64,000 nucleotides of DNA from Massalongia carnosa (lineage: Eukaryota): the NCBI GenBank assembly GCA_965645245.1, contig OZ287081.1, forward strand, positions 372,001-436,000. Reading direction: 5' to 3'. Both the position numbers and the translations under genes were made by a program. The stretch's first letter is position 1. Each line of letters starts with the position of its first letter. Below are positions 1 to 11,556 of this stretch, piece after piece. Below the pieces are notes generated by a model, which saw only the letters and a program-made list of their open reading frames with translations, was not told the origin of the DNA and did not search any database.

Positions 1-2032
1 CGCAACGTCTCCAACAAGTTGGGGCTTTGGTTCATACCCGCGCCCACCATGCGCCGCGCGCGCGCTTCATCTTCTTCCGCATGCTCTCCAGCGGCCGACA
101 TGGAGCGCAGCCACTCGTTCGCGTCCACAACAGCGGCGTCGTTAGACCCGCTACCGCTACCGATAACCTCTTTTACCCGCTCGATCCCCTCTCTTTCCAC
201 CACGCGATGCATGCTCAATGCTCCCAGCAAGTGTTGCGCCGCTTCTTCAAAGCACCCAATGTTGATGCAGCTCACCCCCAGGTTATACCGCGCCCGGACG
301 AAATTCGGATTCAGCGTCAAGGCACGCTCATACGCAGCAATAGCCTCTTCGCTGCGCCCGCTATTGGCTAACGTCGCGCCAAGACGGTTCCATAGCAAAT
401 GCGCCTGCGTCGGATGATTTGAGGCGCCAGCTTCGGTGCTCGCGAGCGCGGCTTCAAAGCAATCAACCGCCTTGGCGTGCTCATCCACGCCATAGAAGAG
501 CACGCCTAGCCCGACTTGAACGTCTGGATCCATTGCCTCGCCTTGGGGTGAAAGCTGCGCGGCGCGGATGAACAACGAGGTTATTTTCTCATGCAGGTCG
601 CGGCGGTCAGTGAACCCAAGGTCAGCACCAGGCGTAACGGCGTCCGGGGAGATAATCTGGGGGTACTTTATTGAGAGCCAGCGCTCAAGGGTCCGATAGG
701 CGGTGGTGGCGTAGCCTTCATTGGTATAGGAGATTGCGAGGCCCATGAGGGCGGATAGGTTGTGAGGGTCCAATTTTAGGGTTTGTTCCAAAGCACGGAT
801 GGCCGGCGTTTCTTTCTCGTTTTGAGCTTGGGCGCTGCCAAGATGGGCCCACGCTTCAACGTGTTGGGGATCTTGCTGGACGGCAGCTTCAAAAGCGAGA
901 GCGGCAAGAGAGAGATTTCCACCTTCGTTCATGATTTTGACACCCTCATTGAAGGGATCCTTGGTAGCGCTGAAAATGTTTCCTTCCTCGAACAGGTAAT
1001 TCTCCAGTTGGGGGTCCCGATAGCCTTCACCGAATTGACTGTCAAAACTGTCCCACGCAAAATCGTTCAGGGGAAGGTCCTCGAGGTCAAGCCGTTCGTC
1101 GTGCTCGTCCAGCAATTGCCTAGCAGCTGCCGTCTCAGCCTGAATACCGCGCCAAACGCTTTCAAAGTCGCCGAATTCATTGGTTTCCGAGAGAACTGAC
1201 CTATCCATTTCATTCAACTCCGCTTCAATGGCTGTGTTGGCTTCAGCATCTTCCTCGCGCTGTCCAGCTTGATCAATTTCGGCAAACTGTTGTTCCCAAT
1301 TTTTGTCCTCCAGCTCAACCATGCGCGCTTTGCCCTTCGCCAAGGCAAGGAAGTCTGGCCGTCGATGATGCGCTTGCGCCCTTTCAGAGAATGTTCGGTA
1401 TGGAGGAGCCATCATGCCCATGTTCATCGCGTACGGCATCCGCATTGGTCTTCGAAAGCCGTTCCCCGACAAAGGCGCTTGCAACGCAGCATTCGTTTTG
1501 CCCTCCAGGTGGCTCATTTTGCTCATCTTGAATTGCTCAAATTCGATGGGAGAAAAGGTAGTTGTGCCCAAAGCGGCTGTCTCTGCAATCTCGAACGTGT
1601 CTTCTATCGGCACCTGCCTCGCTTGAGGGGACATAGGCATCCAGGTTGGGGATTGCATATGTCGATGCGCAGGTTGATAACTCTCGAGTTCTCGCCGTAG
1701 AGGATCCATGGAAAATGGCTGAAGTGGTTCTTGGGGTATTTCTCCATTCTGACGTAAGAATTCACGCATCATCTGTAGAAATATGTTCAGTAGGTCCCCC
1801 CTCGTATAGATGATCAGCCATTAATAATGACCGCAAAGGATGCACGAAAGAAACAGCGTACTTCGTCTTGGTTTGAGCCATCTCGTTGAGCTCGAAATCC
1901 CTCTTGCAACCTCTCCGGACCTTTCCCTACCAGCCGGTCTCGTTGCAGAGACTTGTCATCCTGTACGTGCTTGGTGAATTGATTGAGAGGATTGCCGCCT
2001 GTCGAGCATTCAGCCCCACCCAAGAAGGACAT
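1..2032 (-). CDS. PEX5: Peroxisomal PTS1 receptor Pex5 (TPR protein), 3' end beyond the window edge
   Basis: Exon 1 (2032-1862) encodes MSFLGGAECSTGGNPLNQFTKH, the typical fungal Pex5 N-terminus. GT-AG intron at 1861-1773. Exon 2 continues in frame with TPR-region sequence (HLLWNRLGATLAN, NFVRARYNLGVSCINIG) and ends ...NQSPNLLETLR at base 1. Confidence 0.95.
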
Positions 2033-2584
2033 GATGGGAAGGAAGCAAAAGGATGATCAGTATATATTCAGAAAACTTCTGCGCCGATACAACAGTAAAG
2101 AAGGCTTGATGGTTGGCGGGTTGGGGGTGGCAACTCGTCAAGGTGGTGATATTCAGTTGAAAGTAGGGCCCCGCCGCTGGGTCACGTGCTCATGTTCTGT
2201 TCACTCTCTGCTTATTGATTGCATACTATCGGAGATTGAACCGTCTACATATACTCCGAAGCTCGTGCAACAGAGGGTAAGGCTCTAACGGATCAAAGGG
2301 GAGAGAATTTTGCGTCCCATTGCCATTGCTAACCTGGTAATGTACAAACAAGAGCCGTAGCCCTCAAAAATAGTACAAAGGCCCAAGCACGAAGATAACA
2401 CTCAAACCCGCTCCGCACGAACAGATCATATACCACTTGGAGAATGTAAGGGGACCTATCCCTTGCGAGATGAGCCTTTGACTCGCCCGGTTCCCTCGGT
2501 CGTTCCCTCGCCCTTGCTCTCCGTCCACCCTTTCCTCGACTGTCCCATCGCAACGACCACATATCGTTCTCCCTCACGCCCTCG

Positions 2585-3677
2585 TCACTCCTGCCCACGG
2601 TTGGTCATCTTAAAATCTCTGGGTACAGGTGATGGGTTGGACGCGCTGTAATCAATTCGTAGCGTTCTCCCACAAACCTCCTTATCCTGAAGAACCTCCA
2701 TGGCCTTCACCGCGCTCTCGACATCGACAAAGTCGGCATGCGCAAACCCTCTTGGCTGCCCGGTTCGTCTATCAATCGCGACGCGAACGTCAATGACATT
2801 CTTGATTTTGGAGAAGAGATTGTTCAGGTCTCGGTCAGACATATCGAACGCCATGTTGCCGATGAACAAGGTTTTGGAAGGCGGGTTCCTTATCGAAGTG
2901 GGCCGGTGCCCTCCGGTTGCGATGGGCCCCCGGCTGGTTGTGTACTGCACGCTAAGACGACGACCTTCAAAGTTTTGCATGTTAAACATTTCGATCGCTT
3001 TTCCGGCACCTTCTACAGTTTCAAAATCCACGTAACCAAACCTATGCGTTGCTTAGCAATGTCTTCCAAAGATTCGTTTGAGCGGTCAAAGCACATACCC
3101 TTTGCTCAAGCCTCGGTGATCCTTGATAATCTTGGTACCCTCGACGGAGCCGGCCTTCTCGAACTCTCTCTTCAGGTCTTCAGGCTCGACATCGAAAAAC
3201 AGATTACCAACGTAGACCGTCTTGGATTGTACGATGTCTTTCTCATTAGAATCGAACCCAAGACCAGAAGCTGCAGAAGCCGTAGCTCCGCCAAGGGATT
3301 CACGCACGACGCCGGCAGAGGCAGTCAGCGATTCCGCGGCATCGGACACCTTCTGAGATACAGTTTCAGAAGCGGAATTGATAGCCGACGTGACTGCCGA
3401 GTGGTCTTCGGCATCTGACGAGATGCGAGGTTCAGCATCATCACGCTGGGCTTGTGTCACTTCCTCGCTGGCAAATCTCTTTTGCAGTGACGAGACAACT
3501 GGCCGGTGCACCTGAGGACGGGAAAAGGACGAGGTGAAAGTGGTGATTGAACGCGATCGAGATGCGATGGGGGTTGATGGCAAAGAAAGAGTGCGAATTG
3601 CTATCCGGCGGAGACAGAACCTGGCGGGGTAAGAGGATTAGTGATCATGAATAAATGCAAGCCCGTCTAACGTACAT
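2585..3677 (-). CDS. Two-RRM RNA-binding protein with probable mitochondrial presequence
   Basis: Inferred exons 3677-3676 (AT), 3620-3099 and 3041-2585. RNP2/RNP1 motifs VYVGNL...KGFGYVDF and LFIGNM...RGFAHADF. N-terminus is Arg/Ser-rich and lacks acidic residues (MFCLRRIAIRTLSLPS). Confidence 0.85.
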
Positions 3678-4231
3678 GATGGAAAGAGTCTTTCGTAAAA
3701 GACGGTTAGCAACGGACGATGGACTGGGAGTGTTTCGGGAGGATGGTAGAAGTTGATGGAGAAGGAGCTGTTGTAACTGAATTCTGTTGCAAATTTCGAT
3801 TTCACGAAAATTGTTAGCGCATCTTCTTAGCTTGGCACCCCTTTGACTAGGGCACGTGCAAATTACTAAATCAACGCAAGTGCTGGATCCAAGATTATTA
3901 TGTCCACTCATCCTCGTCGGTGAAAAATAAAATATCACTGTGTGCTACTATAATTTGGTGAAGGGTCGCCCCGATCAAGTTATAGTGTCACACAGTGACA
4001 ACTATTTTCGAGGAGCCCTCTCTTGATGTGATAGCCACTGTATTGTTCCCATCGGCCATCTAAAAACCACTCTCACTTGTTTCAATTTGGTGTAAGAAAT
4101 TCATTTATAATCCATCTCTCGTTATAGACATTAAATATTAGAATTTGATACGAAATAACTCTAGTGTCCCCAGAGAAAAAACCCTCTCTAACGAATGCAA
4201 TTCTATATCAGTGCTTCCTTTCTACGCCCAA

Positions 4232-6193
4232 TCAGGCCAATGCAAGAAACACCTTGAGAAGTTTGGCAAAATCGGGAGTCCCCAATCCAGTAACCGGATC
4301 CCATCCCTTTACCGCTTCAAACCCATTCGTCCCACACCCAGGGTTCCTTCCCGCCGTAATGTCATTCAGCGCCCCTGGATTGGCGTACAACACTGGATTG
4401 ATGAACCCTATCGAGCTCTTCCCCAGGTTGATTCGTGCCTCGTTGATTAAGGTAAGAATCGCTCCAACAACGGGAGTTGAAGCAGATGTCCCGTATACCA
4501 AGCTAAACACGCTGTCGACAGCGACAACGTAATTTGCACCATTGGCGCTGATGTCCGGATAGCCGCGTGTGACTTGAGAGTTGTTGAAGCGTTCAGCACC
4601 ATACGGAGGAGGATTGGCCGTAAACCATGACTTGACCGCTGGAGCTTGATATGATGGCAAACCAAAAACGTTCGAGAAGCCTCCACCGGAGAAAATCCTC
4701 GTCTCGCAGGCCTTCTCCGGAGCAGTGACCGAAGCGTTAGGCTTAATCTGCGTAGCACCCACCGAGGTGACAAAAGGGCACGACGCGGGGAAAGAAGGGT
4801 TGAATATCCCGCCTGAACCGTTATTAAGCGTCTTGTTTCGTGGTTCGATGCATTTGTTTTGGTTACCGCCAACGCCGTAGTCGCCAGATGCGTAGAGGAC
4901 AGTGGTCCCCGCCAATCCAAGTTTCATGTATTCGGTGCATTGCCGCACTTCATACTTGGCCGTCAGATCTGCCTCATTATAGGCGTAGGATGAAGAGATG
5001 ACCTTGGTGGCAGAAAAACCACCGCAGTTCTTGGGGCCTTGATAGCCACCAAATCGATAATCAGGGTACTTTGCGTCTTGGGTTGTATCGTCTCCGCCCT
5101 CAAAGGTACAATACGAGCCATCTATCGCATCCAGGAAATCATTAAAGGAGGCGCCCTGAGGAATGTCCCCGACTTGGTAGAGGGTAGTCCTCTGAGGATT
5201 GACAATTGCCATGCCGTACTCTAAATCCAGATCGGATTCGGCGTTGATGCCAAAGCTAGTGGTAACGTTTCCAGCCGGGCCCCCATCGATGGAATCTAGT
5301 GTGGGCGTTGTTTGTGCTTGACTCCTTGAAAAGTTGGAGAAGAATAGATCCAAATCGCTCTGAAGATAGATCTGAGGGGTATATTCGACAATTCCAAAAC
5401 TGTTCTCAGGATTGGCAGAAACTCCAAGCCCAAAATTGTACAATGCACGCAGGCAGTTAGGCGTTACGTATGCATCGCAAGTCCTGAGCCCGTCCAGGAT
5501 GGTCGTGATGTTGAGTTGGGCCCCCTTCTTAGGAAGAGATCCAGAAGTGGGCGAGCCAATCTTCAAGGCTTCGAAGGGTTTGACGGGCACTCCTACCGCC
5601 GCTTTGGGGGTTTCGCGTTTGGTTTTCCGAGCATACTCCTCCGTTGACCGTGGGACCAGGGCATCAAAATGCACCGTGGGAGTGATGAAATCCACATGCG
5701 GACGTATGTGCGCCGGGATGGAGTATTCCGTGCAGGCGACGTGGGGCCTTCCGCTTGAGTGCTTGTACCCGTAATATTCGGTCTTGAGCAGACCCTGAGC
5801 TTCATGGACGGTAGCGTTGAACACGAGCCACCCGAGGGATTGCGACCTCCGTATACGTCCCGGGTCAATTCCTGCTGATGCTAGCCAGTTGGTCACCATG
5901 TCGACGGTCTCCAAACTCGGGGCAAAGGTCTCGGCAATCTCTTTAGCCGACCAATGCTGACCATATTTCTCCGAGCCAGGATGAGAAACTTCCATGAGGA
6001 ACTCCTCCGCCCTGTCCAAGTTGCCTTGCGTGAGAGCTATGCGCATAGATAAGATTTGGGCGCCATTAATCTTCCCGAGCCTCTTCCACCCTTCAGGTAT
6101 TCTAACCCGCTTTTCGTGAACAACATGATTAACGGAGGGCGCAGCAAATGTGCTGACAATAATGGCACTCAAAGCAAGTAGGGAAAAATGCAT
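4232..6193 (-). CDS. Secreted sedolisin (peptidase S53, tripeptidyl-peptidase/aorsin-like)
   Basis: Intronless 653-aa ORF with signal peptide, prodomain (VSHPGSEKYGQHWS) and catalytic motifs ESDLD, SGDYG and GTSASTP. C-terminal GWDPVTGLGTPDF. Confidence 0.95.
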   Translation of the reverse strand: MHFSLLALSAIIVSTFAAPSVNHVVHEKRVRIPEGWKRLGKINGAQILSMRIALTQGNLDRAEEFLMEVSHPGSEKYGQHWSAKEIAETFAPSLETVDMVTNWLASAGIDPGRIRRSQSLGWLVFNATVHEAQGLLKTEYYGYKHSSGRPHVACTEYSIPAHIRPHVDFITPTVHFDALVPRSTEEYARKTKRETPKAAVGVPVKPFEALKIGSPTSGSLPKKGAQLNITTILDGLRTCDAYVTPNCLRALYNFGLGVSANPENSFGIVEYTPQIYLQSDLDLFFSNFSRSQAQTTPTLDSIDGGPAGNVTTSFGINAESDLDLEYGMAIVNPQRTTLYQVGDIPQGASFNDFLDAIDGSYCTFEGGDDTTQDAKYPDYRFGGYQGPKNCGGFSATKVISSSYAYNEADLTAKYEVRQCTEYMKLGLAGTTVLYASGDYGVGGNQNKCIEPRNKTLNNGSGGIFNPSFPASCPFVTSVGATQIKPNASVTAPEKACETRIFSGGGFSNVFGLPSYQAPAVKSWFTANPPPYGAERFNNSQVTRGYPDISANGANYVVAVDSVFSLVYGTSASTPVVGAILTLINEARINLGKSSIGFINPVLYANPGALNDITAGRNPGCGTNGFEAVKGWDPVTGLGTPDFAKLLKVFLALA

Positions 6194-7838
6194 TTCGGGG
6201 TATCAAAAAATGCAAAGCTTCTTCTAAGAGACAGCTTCTGACAAACGAATGACGGATGAAGAATAGGGAATATTATAGGCAAATAGTCATTACCTGTGTT
6301 AGTGTTGTCGCGCTGCTCGCCATGATCCCACTTTTCTTTTTACTCCGGATCCCACCTGCTTTATGAGACAGAAGGAGCAGCTTATTCATTGCCACAGGTG
6401 GTCAGCATAACACAACATAAGTCATGCGATACCTTGGTCCACAAGTCGTTTGTCCTGCGAATCCGCTGCCTGTTCGTCATGCGTGCATATCTTATCTGCC
6501 TAACAAAGTTCACACGATCATCCTGGCACCATATTAGCTAATAGCAGATCCCACTTTGCGCACATTGACCAAGGGTCTCGACTTTTGTTGGCTGAGAAAG
6601 GAAAGGGAGGCTGAGAAAGAGGCTTGGAAACCCTGATCAAACTAGACGCCCTAGGCGGTAGGAATGACCAGATTAGGAACCCACAATAAATAGCTGCCAG
6701 GGAAGCTCCACCAACTTCATTTCTTCCTCCTAATGGGGCCAACTTGCTAATCCACAAGCCAAAGGAATGATGATTGGCTTTCACGTACGGTGTGAGCTTC
6801 CTGCGAACCCCTCAAGTATCAAGGGGATCGTTCGGCTGTCCGCAGCTGCGTTTGAGTATGCGAGGCGATGATACAAAGCCCCAAGCGAGCTCTACAGGCG
6901 CAGCTGAAGTTGGCGACACCGTTGCATTTACAGGTCATATGCATTTGTGCTGAGGGGTGATTCGTGATTCGTGATCAGTGGATCAGTGAGTCAATCGTTT
7001 GCAAAGATGCTTTGAGGTAGGCCTTGTGGGACCCCATCTCGTCATAGCTTGGCGGTTCTTGGCATGATGGTTGCAACATCCACGTATTTCTAGAGCCCCG
7101 AACGGAAACCCGGGACTGTCTCGCCAGCGAGAGTACATATCCTGTAATCAGGTGACTTGGTTGGGCGTTGATCTTGGGTGGGATAGGCCAGGCCTAGCTC
7201 TCGTAGCGTAATTTGTTCGTATTCGAGGTGAATTACGGCTGTAAACTGGTGCCCACATTCAATAGTGACTTTGGTGGTTCTATCCAGTCTTCCACCAAAC
7301 GAGTCCGAGGAAATCCCCATCAACTAACAAGTTGCAGTCGTCCCGAGTTCCCCAGACCGCAACAGTATTCTTGACCTCAATGTTCAATGTTCGCCTCGAG
7401 CTGATCCTGCAGTTGTTCCCCCCCGCAGTAACTTACATGTCTCATGACCTCATACCGGATGCCCTTGTGCGGCTTCCAAGGCCGCATTGTTGTAAGCAAC
7501 CTGCTCAACCGTCCAGCTGCAGCACCCAAAGATCGAGGGAGGGTCGAATGAATGGCCTACAGTATGCTTGTAGTAAGTATTGCTTTTGACCGCCTCTTGC
7601 AGGGAGAGGATACCAAGGTCGTCGGTACTCGGTACTCGGTACTGCGTACTGAGCTTACTCTGTACTGATAGCGTAAGTTACGCCTTTCGGTGCTTTAGCA
7701 GCCGAAGCTGCTATTTAGAGATCGCTTTAGCGATAGGCGCCGTTTCATTCGCTGATCCTGTCGGCTTTGATGAAGCGATTGGTCCATGATTCACAGCTAA
7801 ACTTATCGGAGGAATCTCACAGGTAGACTGCGAGCAGG

Positions 7839-7900
7839 GTACCTTGCTCCTTGTACCTTGTACCTTGTACCATGTACCCTGTGCCCTGTACCCTGTACCT
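7839..7900. repeat. Degenerate 7-bp tandem repeat (GTACCTT/GTACCCT)
   Basis: Seen directly: gtaccttgctccttgtaccttgtaccttgtaccatgtaccctgtgccctgtaccctgtacct. A related short GGTACTC run lies near 7624-7643. Confidence 0.8.
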
Positions 7901-9146
7901 TTCTATGTACGGGCTGTATCTATTCCTATCAAACAAACGAGCACCAAGCCAACAAGTACCGAGACGGCTTGTTGGAGAAATTCTTGGTACAAGGTACATT
8001 CCCCCTAGTTGACAGCCACAATTCGGCAAAGCTTACAGATAAGGGAATCTAGGATCATCCTAACCATCCGTGTCATCCCCAATCCGCTTCACGCTTCACA
8101 GCATGACGAGGCTTTTCGCGTTCGGTTCCATGCAGGGAAAGCAAAAGATGCCACTGTTGGTCTCATGCTTGGATTGCGGGGTAACATACTGACAGTACTC
8201 CGTAGAAGGCTTCCCTTTCTGTAACTAGTTCGGCACGCCTTCATCGCAACGTAGCCGTCGTATGCTTAGCCTAGCTCCAACATCCTCTCACCTCTGGAAC
8301 CACCTCGATCGTTTGTCCTCGTGGCTCTCGTCCCGTTTGGGTTCCCGCAACTGGAAATTCGCGAGGCCAGGGTTTGGTCCTTTGACCTCAGGCGTAACTT
8401 CTATGATGTCAGTGACTGTGGTTGGACTGTAAAGACTGACGTGGACATCTGTCACAACCGGGCCAATTGCAAGTACAACTAAAGTGAAGGGGGGTAGAAC
8501 TCAATCTCCTCCACCTGTCTGTTGCTGAGTTGGGTCGACCGATTGCAAGGCTGGGTTCGGCAAATGGTCGAGATCACAGCCCTGGGTTGGAGGTTCCAAT
8601 TCCATAGGACCATAACGCTGGGTATTTCGCTTTTCGATCCGTGTTGGCGTTTAACGTTAGTGTGACGATTGAAGATAGGAGGAGATGAAGTACGAAGTAC
8701 CTATCCGTACTGAAAGGGGTGGAGATTGGAACCTACCGAAACAGGCACACAGGACGCTGTGGTCAAAAAAAGATTCAAAAAAAAAGATCTACAAGGCTAT
8801 AGTTTGTCAAGCCAGTTAAATAGCATAATTAATCGCTTTAGCGGGTCCAGTGAAAAAACGGAAACCTCAAGTGTTCCCGAATAGGAGAATCTGCAAGTGA
8901 CTCCCTGACGATCAAACAACGCATCGAAATTGGACGGCTCTTGGAGATTTCTCAATGTTATCATGAATCCAGGGGTTGAGGCGTTTCGCATAAACAGCTC
9001 ATTCATGATTACCATGCAGGGAGGAAAAGAAAAAAACCGAGTTGAATATTGGAAGGAGTTAACTTACTCACTTCTCCGCCTAAAGGATAGAGTAGTGGTC
9101 TTGCAGACTTAGGCTATTATCGCCATTGCTCACGTCACGTCATCTA

Positions 9147-9679
9147 CTCGTGCCGCCCAGATATTGGTCCGTTTCCTATTGCGGTTAGTGGGCCTTGGCA
9201 GAGGTAAACAAATCTCAAAGAACTCATACTTTTCCATCGACGTCTTCTTCTACTCTGTACAATCTATTTAATTAAACCCAAACGTTTACGAATTTTTCAT
9301 CATGACTATTCACGAGGATTCTGAAATTGCTTATGAACCTCGCTGTGCTGTAATCACTTGTAAAATTCTTTTCGTTATTTATCAGTGCCTTTCTCGTCTT
9401 GACGAAGCGAAAAACTACTCGATCATCGCATTGAGGACGGCGATGAACGATCGGAAAGTTGTTAGGACACTCTGATAAGTCAGTATAATATTAATAAGCT
9501 GAATGATCATGATATTAACAAATAAATTCAAGCGTGATAGTCATGATGACGATAACCATACGAAAAGATGACTTGATTCATAGAAGAAATGCAAAGCCTA
9601 GTGAAGCGATTCTATTGACTACAAACCTTGTAAACCACTAACCGTAATAGGAAACGGACAAATTTCTGGGCGGCACGAG
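9147..9679. mobile_element. Non-autonomous Tc1/mariner-pogo type element (MITE), 533 bp
   Basis: 45-bp terminal inverted repeats at 9147-9191 and 9635-9679 (42/45 identical, starting CTCGTGCCGCCCAG). TA on both sides (9145-46, 9680-81). AT-rich interior without an ORF. Confidence 0.88.
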
Positions 9680-9977
9680 TAGTATGCAAATTGAACGATA
9701 CCCGGCAAAGCATGGCTTTGCTCTTTGTTGGCCCAAGCTCCCAATGTTGGGGGCTAGTTATCTAGGCTTCCAATCCAGAGAATAGGAAACTATTGACGAG
9801 AGGCTTTGGTGAGCTTGCTCGGCTAATGCATCTCTAGGTTTTTTTGTGCGGGTTCTGTTTAATACATTGTGCTAAGGATACGCAAAGCGTGCTTGAGCTT
9901 CGGCGATAATGCCGGGCATTGGTAGTAGGATGTCAGTCCGAGGCCGCAAATCTGAATTGATCTTCTGTTATCCAGAA

Positions 9978-11083
9978 TTACCTGCCAAATCTCATCTGCG
10001 CTTTGGCATAATTATGCAAAGCTCTCAAAAACACCTGATAACCTACGCCACCGTTGTCCTGCACGTGGAATATCTCCGTTAGACGTAGCTGCCATGGAGG
10101 ATACCCTTGTAGTTGTACATTTGGCCCAAATAGAACAAGAAGATCTGGCTCGCCCATGACGCTTTCCGTAATCTCGGCATCGATAAGATCTATAGAGATG
10201 TCATCGGACGATAACCTGTTGCGTTGAGACATTTCTGCCAGGGTTTTCGTCAGGTCCACGACGGTTGAACGGCCGTCATCTGCGGAAAGCAGGACAACGG
10301 AAAGATGGTTCTGCGCTGAAGAGTGTGTTAGCTTTTCTGGTCCTAAGTCAGGCCTTTATTTTGGACAATGTGCTTACTCAGGGTAGATGATATGGTGTTG
10401 GTGTTTGCAAAATCCCTACCGTTTAGTAATGCCGGGACATGCAGAGCGCGTACTTGAAGAGAAGGTGTAAGGCGACCAAAATAGGCATGAAGCTTGGAAG
10501 AAATGGTTCGTTGGGTGGTTGGAAGATAACCTTTCAGTATACCTACCACATCATCAGGAATGAAACGTCCCACAAACAGAACCTGCCAAAGGGATAAAAG
10601 ATGTCTACCGGTTTTTTCATAAACGCTGAGCATCGGTATACCAACACAAGCACACCAAGCAGATATTTCAGCCACCTCGTCCATTAATCCCTCCAGTCTT
10701 GCCGAGCCTCGTTCTTCGCCTTTCAACTCGAGGACTACACTTAGGTGTTCAGGAACCCTGCTCAAGGTTCGTACATCCTGCTTGATAAGCTCGGGAGCTC
10801 GATGGTGGTAGTAGAGAATCGCCAATACTCGATCGACGAGCGCATGATAAGTCTGTCGTAGTCGTATGTACACAGAAAATAAGGCATGTATTAAGGTGAA
10901 GACGAAGAAATGTAATTGATTTTTAAGTAATGCCCGTATCCGCCAAGGGGTCCGTGATGATGAGCGTGACGGAGGGGAGGGTAGGTATGGCTTCAGTAGG
11001 TTCTCCCGCTGCTTTGAATTCAGAACGGTACCATGACTTTTGGCATCATGACGGAAAGCCTGGACCTCCCTTGCTGCCACCAT
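9978..11083 (-). CDS. NUS1: Dehydrodolichyl diphosphate synthase complex subunit Nus1/NgBR
   Basis: N-terminal TM segment, AWCACVGIPMLSVYE, EPDLLVLFGP...GYPPWQLRLTEIF and a C-terminal RxG (QMRFGR). Two introns inferred near 10545-10608 and 10317-10378. Confidence 0.92.
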
Positions 11084-11556
11084 TGCAATTGAAGGTAGAG
11101 CAAATTGGAAGGTTCAATTGGCCGCTTGGGTTCCTACTGTTGGGTCCCAGTCTAAGGATGCAACTCTTTTCCCATGAAGCCAAGGGAAGTTTAGTCACAA
11201 AAAAGCCCTTCTTTAGTCACCATTGAAATATTTGAAGAGAACAGCTTGTTGAATGATTTAGGAATGAAGAAGGGGTATCCAAGTCATATCAGTACTCTGG
11301 ATAGATCGGTAGTTTTAGTGAAGAAACTTTTGAATATATGGTCCACACTGCCAAGACTTTGTCTAAGCGGCAGAATAAGCTCATACTCCGAATAAAGTAG
11401 TTACGAGCTCTCATGTCCAACCGACAGCATTCTCACAGTCCCCTAATCTATTGTACAGATTCAGTATTGGGGTTCATCGTCTCTTGAACCGTGAAATAAA
11501 GCACTCGCTCCCGGTGAGTTCGTACATAGAAAGGGAGCAAGAAAACGGACTTCGAA

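Noticed and set aside
6500..9100. Short ORFs upstream of the sedolisin gene
   Set aside because: No motifs, and some derive from the 7-bp tandem repeat. A decayed gene cannot be excluded without a search.
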